A DNA stretch of 64,000 bases from positions 36,777 to 100,776 of the forward strand of contig CAVUBV010000009.1 of assembly GCA_963739735.1 (NCBI GenBank), in the 5' to 3' direction. Position 1 is the stretch's first letter; each line of letters starts with the position of its first letter. This document shows positions 12,522-22,184 of the stretch, one piece after another. The notes under the pieces are model-generated. The model was not told the DNA's origin. It saw only the letters and a list, made by a program, of their open reading frames with translations, and ran no database searches. Position numbers and translations under genes: made by a program. Source of the DNA: an uncultured Alphaproteobacteria bacterium (GTDB taxonomy: Bacteria > Pseudomonadota > Alphaproteobacteria > Rhizobiales > Xanthobacteraceae).

Positions 12522-12617
12522 ATTTAACGCCGGGCTTTACGCCCGCCATTCTCCGCTAATAGCTTCAGATCGCGCGGCGGGGCGCGGCATACGGCTGACC
12601 GTTTACGGCCCCGCGCC

Positions 12618-13808
12618 TTAGGCCGTGCGGTAGACCCGGTGGTAGCGCCGCCCCAAACTGGTGAGCACCTCGTAGCCGATGGTGCCGGCGGCGCCCGCCA
12701 CCGCATCGACGGTGATCTCGTCGCCGATCAAGGTGGCGAAATCGCCGCGCCGCACGGCGCCCTCGGGCAGGTCGGTCACGTCGATCGCGATGAGGTCCAT
12801 GGAAACGCGGCCGGCGAACGGGCAGCGCTTGCCGGCAACGATCGCCTCGCCGCCCGGCGCCTCGTCGGAGGCGCTCGCCGCGCGCGGATAGCCGTCGGCA
12901 TAGCCGACCGCGGCGACCGCGATGCGGGTCGTGCGCTTGGCGGTCCACACCCCGTCATAGCCGACCGTTTCCCCGCGCGGGACGATGCGCACCTGCGCGA
13001 TGCGCGCCTGCAAATCGATGACCGCGCGCATCGGATTGCTCTGCCCGGGGATCGGATTGACGCCGTAAAGCGCGACGCCCGGGCGCACCAAATCGCAATG
13101 GGCGGATGCCCCGAGAAATATGCCGGAGGAATTGGCGAGCGAGGAGGGGATGCCGCGATAGAGGATGCGCACCTCGCGGAACACGCTGATCTGCCGCGCA
13201 TTGAGCGGATGCTCCGGCAGTTCGGCGCAGGCGAGGTGGCTCATCAACAGCGTGATGCCGTGGTTCTCGGCGCGGATGCGCGGGGCGAGCGCGGCGGCGT
13301 CGTTTACCGAAATGCCGAGCCGGTTCATGCCGGTGTCGACATGCAGCGCTGCGCCGCCGTGCCAGTCTTGCCCGGCGCAGAAGGCGTCCCATTCGGCGAG
13401 CTCGACCATGCTGCCGATCACCGGCCGCGCGCGGATGTCCGGGTAGGCCGCAGCGGACCCGGTCATGATGCCGTTGAGCACGTAGATCGCCGGTTCCGAT
13501 GCGACGGCGCGCACGCGCTTTGCCTCGCCGAGGTCGGCGACGAAGAAGGTGCGGCAGCCGGCCTTGGCCAAATGCGCCGCGACTTTCTCGAGGCCGCAGC
13601 CATAGGCGTCGGCCTTGATCACGGCGGCGCATTCCGCCGGCATGGCGCGGCGTGAGAGCGCGCGCCAATTGGCTTCGATGGCCGCAAGATCGATGGTGAG
13701 GGTGCCGCCCGCCTGCGCCGCCGGCGGACCTTCGGTGACGGTCCGATCGGCCGGCGGATCGTCCGGCGGGCTCGGGTACTGGGGCGGGGCGGGTTCGGCG
13801 TCGGCCAT
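12618..13808 (-). CDS. alr: Alanine racemase
   Basis: AVIKADAYG PLP lysine motif, HVDTGMNRLG, GYADG, GRVSMD, IGYEVLT. Confidence 0.97.
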   Translation of the reverse strand: MADAEPAPPQYPSPPDDPPADRTVTEGPPAAQAGGTLTIDLAAIEANWRALSRRAMPAECAAVIKADAYGCGLEKVAAHLAKAGCRTFFVADLGEAKRVRAVASEPAIYVLNGIMTGSAAAYPDIRARPVIGSMVELAEWDAFCAGQDWHGGAALHVDTGMNRLGISVNDAAALAPRIRAENHGITLLMSHLACAELPEHPLNARQISVFREVRILYRGIPSSLANSSGIFLGASAHCDLVRPGVALYGVNPIPGQSNPMRAVIDLQARIAQVRIVPRGETVGYDGVWTAKRTTRIAVAAVGYADGYPRAASASDEAPGGEAIVAGKRCPFAGRVSMDLIAIDVTDLPEGAVRRGDFATLIGDEITVDAVAGAAGTIGYEVLTSLGRRYHRVYRTA

Positions 13809-13855
13809 GGGCAAGGGTTTACTCGGACGGAGGTTTGGCGTCCATGTGGCGGCCG

Positions 13856-15487
13856 CTACACCGCGGCGGGCTCGAGCGCCGGGCGGCCGCGGATCAGATC
13901 GGAGGCCTTGTCGGCGATCATCAGCGTCGAGGCGTTGAGATTGGCCGAAATCATGCGCGGCATGATGGAGGCATCGACGACCCGCACGGCTTCGAGCCCA
14001 TGCACACGCAAGGCATCGTCGACCACGGCCGTCGGGTCGCTCGCCGGCCCCATGCGACAGGTGCAGCCGGGGTGGAACGTGGTCTGCCCGCGCTGGGTCG
14101 CGGCGGCGAGGAATTCGTCGTCACTCTGGACGCCGGGGCCGGGGAAATCCTCGCGCTCGCAATAGGGCGCAAGCGGCTTGGCGGCGAGAAGGCGGCGCGC
14201 GAGCTTCATGCCGGCAACGACAACACGGCGGTCGAGTTCGGCGGTAAGATAATTGGTCTGGATAAGCGGCGGCGCGAACGGATCGGCCGAGCGCAGGCGC
14301 ACATGGCCGCGGCTTTCCGGACGCTGCTGCCAGGAAGCGACCGTCATGCCGGGCTCGTTTTCGAGTTTCCCCTGCTCACCTTCCAGGTAGCTTGCCGGCG
14401 TGAAGGTCAGCTGCAGGTCGGAGGTTTCCGCCGTTTCGCCGGAATGCCAGAAGCAATAAACCAGCGTCGGCGACAGGCTGAGAATGCCGCGCCGCGTGGT
14501 CGCCCATTTGAGCGCTTCGACGGCGAGATTGAGCCCGCGCGCGCGCTCGTTGATGGTCTTGGTATTTTTCACGCGCGCGACCGAGCGCGGGGCGAAATGG
14601 TCCTGCAAGCCTTCGCCGACGCCGGCAAGCGCGTGGCGCACGCCGATGCCGAGAGATTGCAGCATTGGCGCCGGGCCGATGCCGGACAATTGCAGAAGCT
14701 GCGGCGAGTTATAAGTGCCGCCCGAAAGGATCACTTCCTTGTGCGCAAGCACTTGCGTTTCGTCGCCGCCGCGCCCGCCTTTGGCATAGCGCACGCCCAC
14801 GGCGCGCTTGCCCTCGAACAGAATCTCGGTGGCATGTGCATGCGTGCGCACGCTGACGTTTCCCCGCTTTATGGCCGGATGCAGAAATGCGGTGGCGGCG
14901 CTGATGCGGCGACCGTTATGAATGGTGCGCTGGGCGTAGGCGACGCCTTCCTGTATGGCGCCGTTGTAGTCGGGATTGCGCGGGATGCCGAGCGACACCG
15001 CACTTTCGATGAAGGCCTCGCAGAGCGGATCGTGCCAGTCGATATCGGTGACGGTCAGATTGCCGTCGCGGCCGCGATAGGTCGCCTCGCCGTCGCCGAT
15101 GCGCCGCTCGATGCGCTTGAAATAGGGCAGCACATCGGCATAGCCCCAGCCGCGGTTACCGTATTGCGCCCAGGTGTTGAAGTCGCTGCGCTGGCCGCGG
15201 TTATAGATGTGGCCGTTGATCGAGCTGGAGCCACCGAGTGTCTTGCCGCGCGGCGAGAAAATGCGGCGGCCGGCGGTGCCCTCGGTCGGCTCCTGCGAAT
15301 AGCACCAGTTGATGCGGGTGTTGTAGAAGGTCTTGATGAAGCCGGCCGGCAGATGAATGTAGGGGTGCCAGTCGCGTGGGCCCGCTTCGAGCACGCAGAT
15401 GCTTGTCGCGGGGTCTTCGCTTAAGCGATTGGCGAGCACACTGCCGGCCGAACCGGCGCCGACGATCACATAGTCGAAACTATCCAT
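13856..15487 (-). CDS. GMC-family FAD oxidoreductase (choline dehydrogenase-like)
   Basis: DYVIVGAGSAG, RGKTLGGSSSING, HPGCTCRMG, RVVDASIMP. Confidence 0.92.
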   Translation of the reverse strand: MDSFDYVIVGAGSAGSVLANRLSEDPATSICVLEAGPRDWHPYIHLPAGFIKTFYNTRINWCYSQEPTEGTAGRRIFSPRGKTLGGSSSINGHIYNRGQRSDFNTWAQYGNRGWGYADVLPYFKRIERRIGDGEATYRGRDGNLTVTDIDWHDPLCEAFIESAVSLGIPRNPDYNGAIQEGVAYAQRTIHNGRRISAATAFLHPAIKRGNVSVRTHAHATEILFEGKRAVGVRYAKGGRGGDETQVLAHKEVILSGGTYNSPQLLQLSGIGPAPMLQSLGIGVRHALAGVGEGLQDHFAPRSVARVKNTKTINERARGLNLAVEALKWATTRRGILSLSPTLVYCFWHSGETAETSDLQLTFTPASYLEGEQGKLENEPGMTVASWQQRPESRGHVRLRSADPFAPPLIQTNYLTAELDRRVVVAGMKLARRLLAAKPLAPYCEREDFPGPGVQSDDEFLAAATQRGQTTFHPGCTCRMGPASDPTAVVDDALRVHGLEAVRVVDASIMPRMISANLNASTLMIADKASDLIRGRPALEPAAV

Positions 15488-15582
15488 TGCTGTCCCGCTC
15501 GTTCAGGCGCGACAGTATAGGCGGCCGTTCGCCTGAGAAAGAGCTTCCGTGGGCAAATTTCCCGCGGCCGTCGCGGCGCAAT

Positions 15583-17085
15583 TTAGCCGATCCGCTCCGG
15601 CAGGTGGTCGAGCTTGGCCAAGGTCGAGAACTTGGTGATGGCGCCCTCGAATTGCAGTTCGACCGTGCCGGTCGGCCCGTGGCGCTGCTTGCCGATGATC
15701 ACCTCGGCGCGGCCGTGCACCTTTTCGCCTTCCGCCAGCCACTCGGCGAATTTCTCGCGGTTGGTTTCCAAGGGTTTGCGCATCTGGTGATAATATTCCT
15801 CGCGGAACACGAACAGCACCACGTCGGCGTCCTGTTCGATCGAGCCGGATTCACGCAAGTCCGAAAGCTGCGGGCGCTTGTCGTCGCGGCTTTCCACCTG
15901 GCGCGAGAGCTGCGACAGCGCCAGGATCGGCACGTTGAGTTCTTTCGCCAGCGCTTTCAGTTTGGTGGTGATCTCGGTGATTTCCTGCACGCGGTTTTCC
16001 GATGAACGCTTGGTCGAGCCCTGCAGCAATTGCAGATAGTCGACGATCAGCAGGTCGAGCCCGCGCTGGCGCTTGAGCCGGCGCGCGCGCGCGGCAAGCT
16101 GCGCCACCGACAGGCCGCCGGTCTCGTCCACGTAAAACTTCAAATTCTGCAATTCGATCGAGTGGTCCTTGATGCGCTCGAACTCGGCTTCGCTGATGCC
16201 GCCGCGCCTGATCTGGTTGGACGGGATGCCGGTCTGTTCGGCGATGATGCGGGTGGCGAGCTGCTCGGCCGACATTTCCAGCGAGAAGAAGCCGACAATG
16301 CCGCCATTCACGGTCACCGAATGTCCGTCGGCCTTGATCTCGCCTTGCCAGGCGCGCGCGACGTTGTAGCCGATATTGGTGGCGAGCGCGCTTTTGCCCA
16401 TGCCGGGTCGGCCGGCCAGAATGATCAAATCCGACGGCTGCAAACCGCCCATCATGCGGTCGAGCTCGTCGAGCCCGGTGGCGAGCCCCGACAGCTTGCC
16501 GTCGCGCTGGAAGGCGTGCGCGGCCATGTCGATGGCGGTGGTCAGCGACTGCGAGAAAAGCTGGAAGCCGCCGTCGTAGCGCCCGGTCTCGGCCAGTTCG
16601 TAGAGCCGCCGCTCGGCGTCCTCGATCTGGTTGCGCGGCGCGAAGTCGACCGGCGCGTCATAGGCGACATTGACCATGTCCTCGCCGACCACGATCAGCG
16701 CGCGGCGGATCGACAGGTCGTAGACGGTATGACCGTAGTCCTCGGCGTTGATGATGGTGGTCGCTTCGGCGGCGAGCCGCGCCAGATACTGGCTCACCGT
16801 CATGCCGCCGATATCGATATCGGCGCCGATGAAGGTCTTCAGCGTGACCGGCGTCGCCACCTTGCCGGCGCGGATCAGATCGCGCGCAAGCTGATAGATT
16901 TTCTGATGGATCGGCTCGAAGAAATGCTCCGGATTGAGGAAATCGGAGACCCGGTAGAAGGCTTCGTTATTGACCAAAATGGCGCCCAATAGCGCCTGCT
17001 CCGCCTCGATGTTGTGCGGTGCGGAACGGAAAGTCTGGGCAGGTTCTTCAACCGGCTTGCGGGCAACTGATTCGAGCGGCGCCAT
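15583..17085 (-). CDS. dnaB: Replicative DNA helicase
   Basis: PHNIEAEQALLG, AGRPGMGKS, DYLQL, SDLRESGSIEQDAD, KQRHGP; no intein. Confidence 0.98.
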   Translation of the reverse strand: MAPLESVARKPVEEPAQTFRSAPHNIEAEQALLGAILVNNEAFYRVSDFLNPEHFFEPIHQKIYQLARDLIRAGKVATPVTLKTFIGADIDIGGMTVSQYLARLAAEATTIINAEDYGHTVYDLSIRRALIVVGEDMVNVAYDAPVDFAPRNQIEDAERRLYELAETGRYDGGFQLFSQSLTTAIDMAAHAFQRDGKLSGLATGLDELDRMMGGLQPSDLIILAGRPGMGKSALATNIGYNVARAWQGEIKADGHSVTVNGGIVGFFSLEMSAEQLATRIIAEQTGIPSNQIRRGGISEAEFERIKDHSIELQNLKFYVDETGGLSVAQLAARARRLKRQRGLDLLIVDYLQLLQGSTKRSSENRVQEITEITTKLKALAKELNVPILALSQLSRQVESRDDKRPQLSDLRESGSIEQDADVVLFVFREEYYHQMRKPLETNREKFAEWLAEGEKVHGRAEVIIGKQRHGPTGTVELQFEGAITKFSTLAKLDHLPERIG

Positions 17086-17272
17086 GCGATCCCTTGTTCC
17101 GTCAATTTGACGAAACTTTGATTGGACCTTGGCTTACACCCTCTCGGGCGTTGCGCGATGGCTGGCGCGGAATAATCGCCGTTGTCCACACTACTCACCG
17201 GCGATGAAAATAGCTTGTGTAGCGGCTCGATCAGGCTTGACCGCTTTATGGCCGGCGCCGTAATCGCGCTCG

Positions 17273-18538
17273 CTACTCGCCGGCGAGCCGCAGCGGCGGG
17301 TGGCGCTCGCCTTCGGCGTCGCGCAGGCGGCGCTCCTCGCGGCCGATATAATCGCGCGTCATCGGCACCACGTCCTGCCGCTTGGTGAGCTGGATCTGGA
17401 ACACCATCAGGTTCTGCTCGCGGAACGACATTTCCGACGACGCCAAATAGAACTCCCACATGCGCACAAAACGCCGGTCGTAGATGCGCTCGACCTCCTC
17501 GCGGTGGGCGAGGAAGCGTTCGCGCCAGGCTTTCAGCGTCTCGGCGTAATGCAGGCGCAGGATCTCGATGTCGGTGGTCAGCAGCCCGGCCTTCTCGATA
17601 CTCGGCAGCACCTCCGACAGCGACGGGATGTAGCCGCCGGGGAAAATATATTTCGCGATCCACGCATTGGTCGCGCTCGGCCCTTCCGAACGGCCGATCG
17701 AGTGCAGCACCATCACGCCGTCGCGGTTAAGCAGCTGCGCGCTCTTGCGGAAGAACGTGTCGTAATGGTTGACGCCGACATGCTCGAACATGCCGACCGA
17801 GACGATGCGGTCGAACGAGCCTTTAAGGTCGCGATAGTCCTGCAGGTTGAAGCGGGCGCGTTCGCTCAGGCCCTTTTCCGCCGCGCGTTCGTTGGCGATG
17901 GCGTGCTGCTCTTGGCTGAGCGTGACGCCGGTCACGTCGGCGCCGGCGATTTCGGCCAGATACAGACCGAGCCCGCCCCAGCCGCAGCCGATATCGAGCA
18001 CGCGCAAGTCGCGCTCGTGCCGGTTGCGGCCGAGCAGCAGCTTGGCGGCGAGATGGCGTTTCTTGGCGAGTTGGGCGTCGTCGAGCGACACCTCGGGGTT
18101 GTCGAAATAGCCGCAGCTATATTGCCGGTCGGCGTCGAGGAACAGCGAATAGAGCCGGCCGTCGAGATCGTAATGATGCGCCACGTTGTGGCGCGCGCGC
18201 CGGCGCGGATTGAACTGCTTCACGCGGCGGGCGATGTAGCGCAACAGGCCTTGCAGCCGCGCCCAATGCGGAACGTCGGTATTCTGGCCGAGGCAAATGG
18301 CGAGCACGTCGGCGATCGAGCCTTGCTCGACCACGAACGTGCCGTTCATATAGGTCTCGCCGAATTTGAGCTCGGGATCGAGCAGGATCGCCCACTCGGC
18401 GGCGCGCGTGGCAAAACGTACCGACACCGGCCGGCCGGTCCCATCGCCGAAGGTCAAGACCGTCCCGCGCGAGGTGGTAACCCGGAATGTTCCCCGCCGG
18501 ATAAAGGTCTCAAGCAGAAATTGAAGCAACCGGTCCAT
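17273..18538 (-). CDS. cfa: Cyclopropane-fatty-acyl-phospholipid synthase family methyltransferase
   Basis: HHYDL, LDIGCGWGG, IVSVGMFEHVG, YIFPGG. Confidence 0.9.
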   Translation of the reverse strand: MDRLLQFLLETFIRRGTFRVTTSRGTVLTFGDGTGRPVSVRFATRAAEWAILLDPELKFGETYMNGTFVVEQGSIADVLAICLGQNTDVPHWARLQGLLRYIARRVKQFNPRRRARHNVAHHYDLDGRLYSLFLDADRQYSCGYFDNPEVSLDDAQLAKKRHLAAKLLLGRNRHERDLRVLDIGCGWGGLGLYLAEIAGADVTGVTLSQEQHAIANERAAEKGLSERARFNLQDYRDLKGSFDRIVSVGMFEHVGVNHYDTFFRKSAQLLNRDGVMVLHSIGRSEGPSATNAWIAKYIFPGGYIPSLSEVLPSIEKAGLLTTDIEILRLHYAETLKAWRERFLAHREEVERIYDRRFVRMWEFYLASSEMSFREQNLMVFQIQLTKRQDVVPMTRDYIGREERRLRDAEGERHPPLRLAGE

Positions 18539-18796
18539 CGGCCGCCTCCGTCACGCTAAGATCCGAGCCGTTTCGCTTTAATCTCCCCGCACCCGACCAA
18601 TCCGGCGGGCGCTCCAACCGTCAACGGAAGTATTCAACCAAAGTTCCGCCGGCCCAGCAATGCCACAAATTGGATGCAAGACTGAAATTCCGACGCTGGT
18701 CACAACGCCCCGTTTATAGGCTATCAACGCGGGGAGCGGCGGGCGCGGCCGGCGTATCCGGGGGCGGCGAGCCAAGCTATTGAAAGGTCTACGGCA

Positions 18797-19517
18797 ATGA
18801 CGAGGTTGATACGCGGTCTGGGGCTGGCTTTGGCGGTCTTGGGGTTCGCAACTGCAGCACCCGCAGGCGCGCAGGAAAATCTCGATTCGGGCAAAACCGG
18901 CCCGCAACTATTCGCGTCCGACTGCGCCATTTGCCACAAGAGCGCCCAGAGCCTGAACCGCTCGGCCGGGGGACTGTTCGGTCTGGCCGACTTCCTGCGC
19001 GAGCACTACACCGCCAGCCGCGAATTGGCGTCCAAGATCGCCGCCTATCTGGAATTCGATCCGCCCGCCGCCGGAGCCGGTTAAGCGCGAGCGCGTGAAG
19101 AAGCGCTCGGCCAAAGGCGGCGACAAGAGCGGGGAAAAGCACAAGAGCGCCGACAAGAAGGGCAAGTCCGGCGAGGCCAAGTCTGGGGAAGCCAAGTCTG
19201 GGGAAGCCAAGTCTGGGGACGCCAAGTCTGGGGACGCCAAATCTGGGGACACCAAGTCCGCCAAGCCGTCCGAGGCAAAGTCGGACGCGGCAAAGCCCAA
19301 ATCCGACAAGCCCAAATCCGACGAGGCCAAGTCTGAAAAGCCCAAGTCGGAAAAACCGAAGTCTGTAAAGCCGAAGTCCGAAAAGCCCAAAGCCGAAAAA
19401 CCCAAAGCCGAAAAACCCAAGAGCTCCGCGTCGAAGCCCGGCAAGGACAAGAAGAGCGCGCCGAAATCGAACGCCGCCGCGGCCGACAAACCAAATAAGC
19501 CGGCCAAGCCTGATTAG
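18797..19517 (+). CDS. Secreted monoheme cytochrome c-like protein with a long Lys-rich repetitive tail (one frameshift near 19054)
   Basis: Signal peptide and CAICH; removing one T in gaattcg joins it to KSGEA/KPKSE repeats ending at 19517. Confidence 0.75.
19144..19420 (+). repeat. 15-bp coding tandem repeats (KSG[E/D]A, then KPK[S/A][E/D])
   Basis: gccaagtctgggga(a/c) units followed by aa(a/g)cc(c/g)aa(a/g) units. Confidence 0.85.
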
Positions 19518-19544
19518 AACGCGGCCTCACACATCCGCGCCGTT

Positions 19545-19781
19545 CTAAGCCGCCAGCCAGCGCGCGAGGTCTTCCGCTTTCGGCAGGCCGCCGGCATGCA
19601 CGACTTTGCCGTCGATCACGATGCCCGGGGTGGAGGCGATGCCGTAGCCGGCAATCGTGGCATAGTCGGTCACCTTCTCAATCTTGACCGGGACGCCGAG
19701 CCTGTCGGCTTCGGCCTGCACCAAATCGACCGTCGAAACGCAGCGTTTGCAGCCCGGTCCGAGGACTTTGACGTCTTTCAT
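19545..19781 (-). CDS. Small thioredoxin-like redox protein (MTH895-type)
   Basis: KVLGPGCKRC, STPGIVIDGKVVHAG. Confidence 0.88.
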   Translation of the reverse strand: MKDVKVLGPGCKRCVSTVDLVQAEADRLGVPVKIEKVTDYATIAGYGIASTPGIVIDGKVVHAGGLPKAEDLARWLAA

Positions 19782-19799
19782 CGCTCGTCTCCATTCGAC

Positions 19800-20863
19800 T
19801 TATGTGAATAGCGCGTTGAACAGGAAGCCGACCGCCAGGATGCCGGCGGCGACGACGCCGACGAACACCGCAATCAGCCGGATCGACAGCACCTTGCGCA
19901 GGATGATCATCTCGGGCAGCGACAGCGCGATCACCGACATCATGAAGGCGAGCACGGTGCCGAGCGCGGCGCCTTTGGCGAGCAGCGCCTCGACCACCGG
20001 GATGATGCCGGCGGCGCTCGAATACATGGGAACGCCGAGCAAGACCGCGGCGGGCACCGACCACCAGGCATCGCGGCCCATGATCGAGGCCAGCAGGCTC
20101 GCCGGCACGAAGCCGTGGATGAACGCCCCGACCGCGATGCCGGCGATGATCCAGGGCCAGACCTTGCCGACGATCTCGTAAACGGCGTCGAGGCCGGCCT
20201 TGATCCGATCGGCGGCGGTGAGCGTTGTCGACGGCAATTCGGCGGCGCCGACGCGAATGTCGCGCACCCAGGCTTCCAGCCAGGCTTCGAGGTGCAGTCG
20301 GCCGATGACCCAGCCGGAGACGATGGCGACGGCGAGACCGAAGCCGAGATAGGTGAGGGCGACTTTCCAGCCGACCAGTCGCGAACAGCAGTCCGAGCGC
20401 CACCTCGTTGACCATCGGCGCGGCGATCAAAAACGAAAACGTCACGCCGAGCGGTACGCCGGCGCTGACGAAGCCGATGAACAGCGGAACGGCGGAGCAG
20501 GAACAGAAGGGCGTCACGATGCCGAGCGATGCCGCCAGCACGTTGCCGATGCCCTCGCGTTTTCCGGCGAGCAGCGCGCGCGTCTTCTCGGCCGAGAAGA
20601 AACTGCGCACGACGCCCATGGCGAACACGACCAGCGTCAGCAGCAACAGCACCTTCGGCGTGTCGTAAGCAAAGAAGCTGATCGCCTGGCCGAGGTGGCT
20701 CGAAGGTTCAACCGGCAGCAGACCGGCGATCCAGTCGGAGAAGGCGGTCAACTGGCTGTAGGCGAGGCCCCACAGCAGCCAAGCCGGCGACGGTCCAGCC
20801 GATCCATTTCGCGGCGGAAGTGTCGGCGCCCGGCGCGCGGTTGCTGACCGATTGAATGGTCAT
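19800..20863 (-). CDS. arsP: ArsP/DUF318 permease (frameshifted)
   Basis: TPFCSCSAVP, APMVNE, GVPMY, ALSLPEMIIL. Confidence 0.85.
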
Positions 20864-21153
20864 GCCGCTTGCCTTTCCGGTGTGGGCGGCAGCGCCAGTG
20901 CGGCGTCGACCAGGGTAACGATTTGCTGCGGAAGTTCGGGCGCGCGGCGGTAGCGCACCCATTGCGCGTCGCGGCGGTCGCTGACGAGGCCGGCGGACTT
21001 AAGCGTCGCCATGTGACGCGACATGCGCGACTGGGTCGCGCCCAGCGCCTGCATCAATTCGCAGACGCAATGCTCGCGTCCGTCCCAGACCCGGCGCAGC
21101 GCTTCCAGCCGGATCGGTTCCGCGAGCGCCGCTAAAATCGTTGTGGGGACCAT
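20860..21153 (-). CDS. arsR: ArsR/SmtB-family repressor
   Basis: ALAEPIRL, EHCVCEL metal-binding motif, QSRMSRHM helix-turn-helix. Confidence 0.9.
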   Translation of the reverse strand: MVPTTILAALAEPIRLEALRRVWDGREHCVCELMQALGATQSRMSRHMATLKSAGLVSDRRDAQWVRYRRAPELPQQIVTLVDAALALPPTPERQAA

Positions 21154-21173
21154 CGTTTAAGTCCTTATATGCC

Positions 21174-21191
21174 TATGCGCATGAGCGCATA
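21174..21191. promoter_or_regulatory. Putative ArsR operator palindrome
   Basis: tatgcgc-atga-gcgcata inverted repeat 20 bp upstream of the arsR start. Confidence 0.65.
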
Positions 21192-21325
21192 TACTAGCAA
21201 AGAGGCCGCTCCACAAGGGCTCTCAGCGAAATAATAGGCGGCCGCCGAATGGGGCGAGGGGCCGGCCAACGATACAATGGGCTCTAACAGCCGCGTGCGG
21301 GCCAAGCGCGCGCGCCGAAATCAGT

Positions 21326-21370
21326 AGACAAACGCGGTCCGCGGGCGAATTGTCCGCTAAGTGCCAGTCG
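21326..21370 (+). repeat. 3' half of TGTCCGC/GCGGAC-type repeat (copy C)
   Basis: agacaaac...gaattgtccgctaagtgccagtcg matches 12050-12092. Confidence 0.7.
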
Positions 21371-21395
21371 CGTCATTCGCTGCGGCGCAGAAAGA

Positions 21396-21419
21396 AAGAC
21401 CGCCAACGCGGCGGCCTCT
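21396..21419 (-). terminator. Probable intrinsic terminator downstream of BA14K
   Basis: Minus strand gaggccgcc-gcgtt-ggcggtctt followed by tctttct. Confidence 0.55.
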
Positions 21420-21490
21420 CCGAAATCCGAGCAGATGTTTTGATCAGGTGGCTGCGGTGGCAACGGCTTCCGAGAGAGTATTGGCCCCGC

Positions 21491-21877
21491 TTAGGGACAT
21501 GAATGGCGGTAGCCGTCATAGCCGAGATAAGTGCCGCTACCCGGATCATAAGACTTGAACCGCCGCATGCAGTCGGCCACCGCGTTGCCACCGTAGCCAG
21601 GCTCGTAGGCGTAGGCGCCGTTGTCGTAGTAGGGAGCAGCGAGCAAGCCGCCGAGGATCGCACCGGCGGCAAATCCGCCCCACCCCCGATCGCCATCGTA
21701 ATAACCTCCGCGATAGCCACCACGGTAGCCACCGCCATGATATCCGCCATGGCCATGCGAAATGCGGCCATTGTTCTGGATGGTGTGATCCGTTTCGGCT
21801 TTCGCCGGTGGCGGCGCAGCGGCCGCCACGGCGGCGGCAAGACCGGCGCCGATGAGAGCGAGAGTAATCGTTCGCAT
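21491..21877 (-). CDS. BA14K-family secreted protein
   Basis: Signal peptide, GGY repeats, C-terminal CMRRFKSYDPGSGTYLGYDGYRHSCP. Confidence 0.92.
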   Translation of the reverse strand: MRTITLALIGAGLAAAVAAAAPPPAKAETDHTIQNNGRISHGHGGYHGGGYRGGYRGGYYDGDRGWGGFAAGAILGGLLAAPYYDNGAYAYEPGYGGNAVADCMRRFKSYDPGSGTYLGYDGYRHSCP

Positions 21878-22053
21878 GGTGCTGCACTTTCCGTTGTACG
21901 GCCCCAGGATTGGGGCAGCTCACTTATGTAAACAACGGCGTCAGGGAAAAGTTCCTGCGGCGGGAACAAGTCCTTGTGAGGGAATCAAAGGCGGAAAGTT
22001 CGCAACTTGCGGGCGCGAGGTCGGAACCTGAACTTAGAAAATCGGCTTGGCTT

Positions 22054-22131
22054 GTCCGTTCCGGGTCATTAGGCGACAAACTATCCCCGACCAAAATTCG
22101 CGTTTGTCCGCTGTTGCTCCAAAACCAGACA
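22054..22131 (+). repeat. 5' half of TGTCCGC/GCGGAC-type repeat (copy D)
   Basis: tgtccgttccgggtca...tttgtccgctgttgctccaaaaccagaca; its distal part matches 12019-12054. Confidence 0.7.
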
Positions 22132-22134
22132 TCG

Positions 22135-22171
22135 AACGGCGCGCCGAAGATCGTATTCGGCGCGCCGTTTT
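22135..22171. terminator. Strong hairpin downstream of rplI
   Basis: Perfect 14-bp stem aacggcgcgccgaa / ttcggcgcgccgtt with a 7-nt loop. Confidence 0.75.
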
Positions 22172-22184
22172 ATCAGTCCGCGCG

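Noticed and set aside
19144-19420. CRISPR-like array
   Set aside because: 15-bp in-frame coding repeats with no unique spacers and no cas genes.
21310-22148. 10-bp gcgcgccgaa on both sides of the BA14K segment as a target-site duplication
   Set aside because: Not flush with the AGACA borders, GC-rich, and the right copy is part of the rplI hairpin; may be chance.
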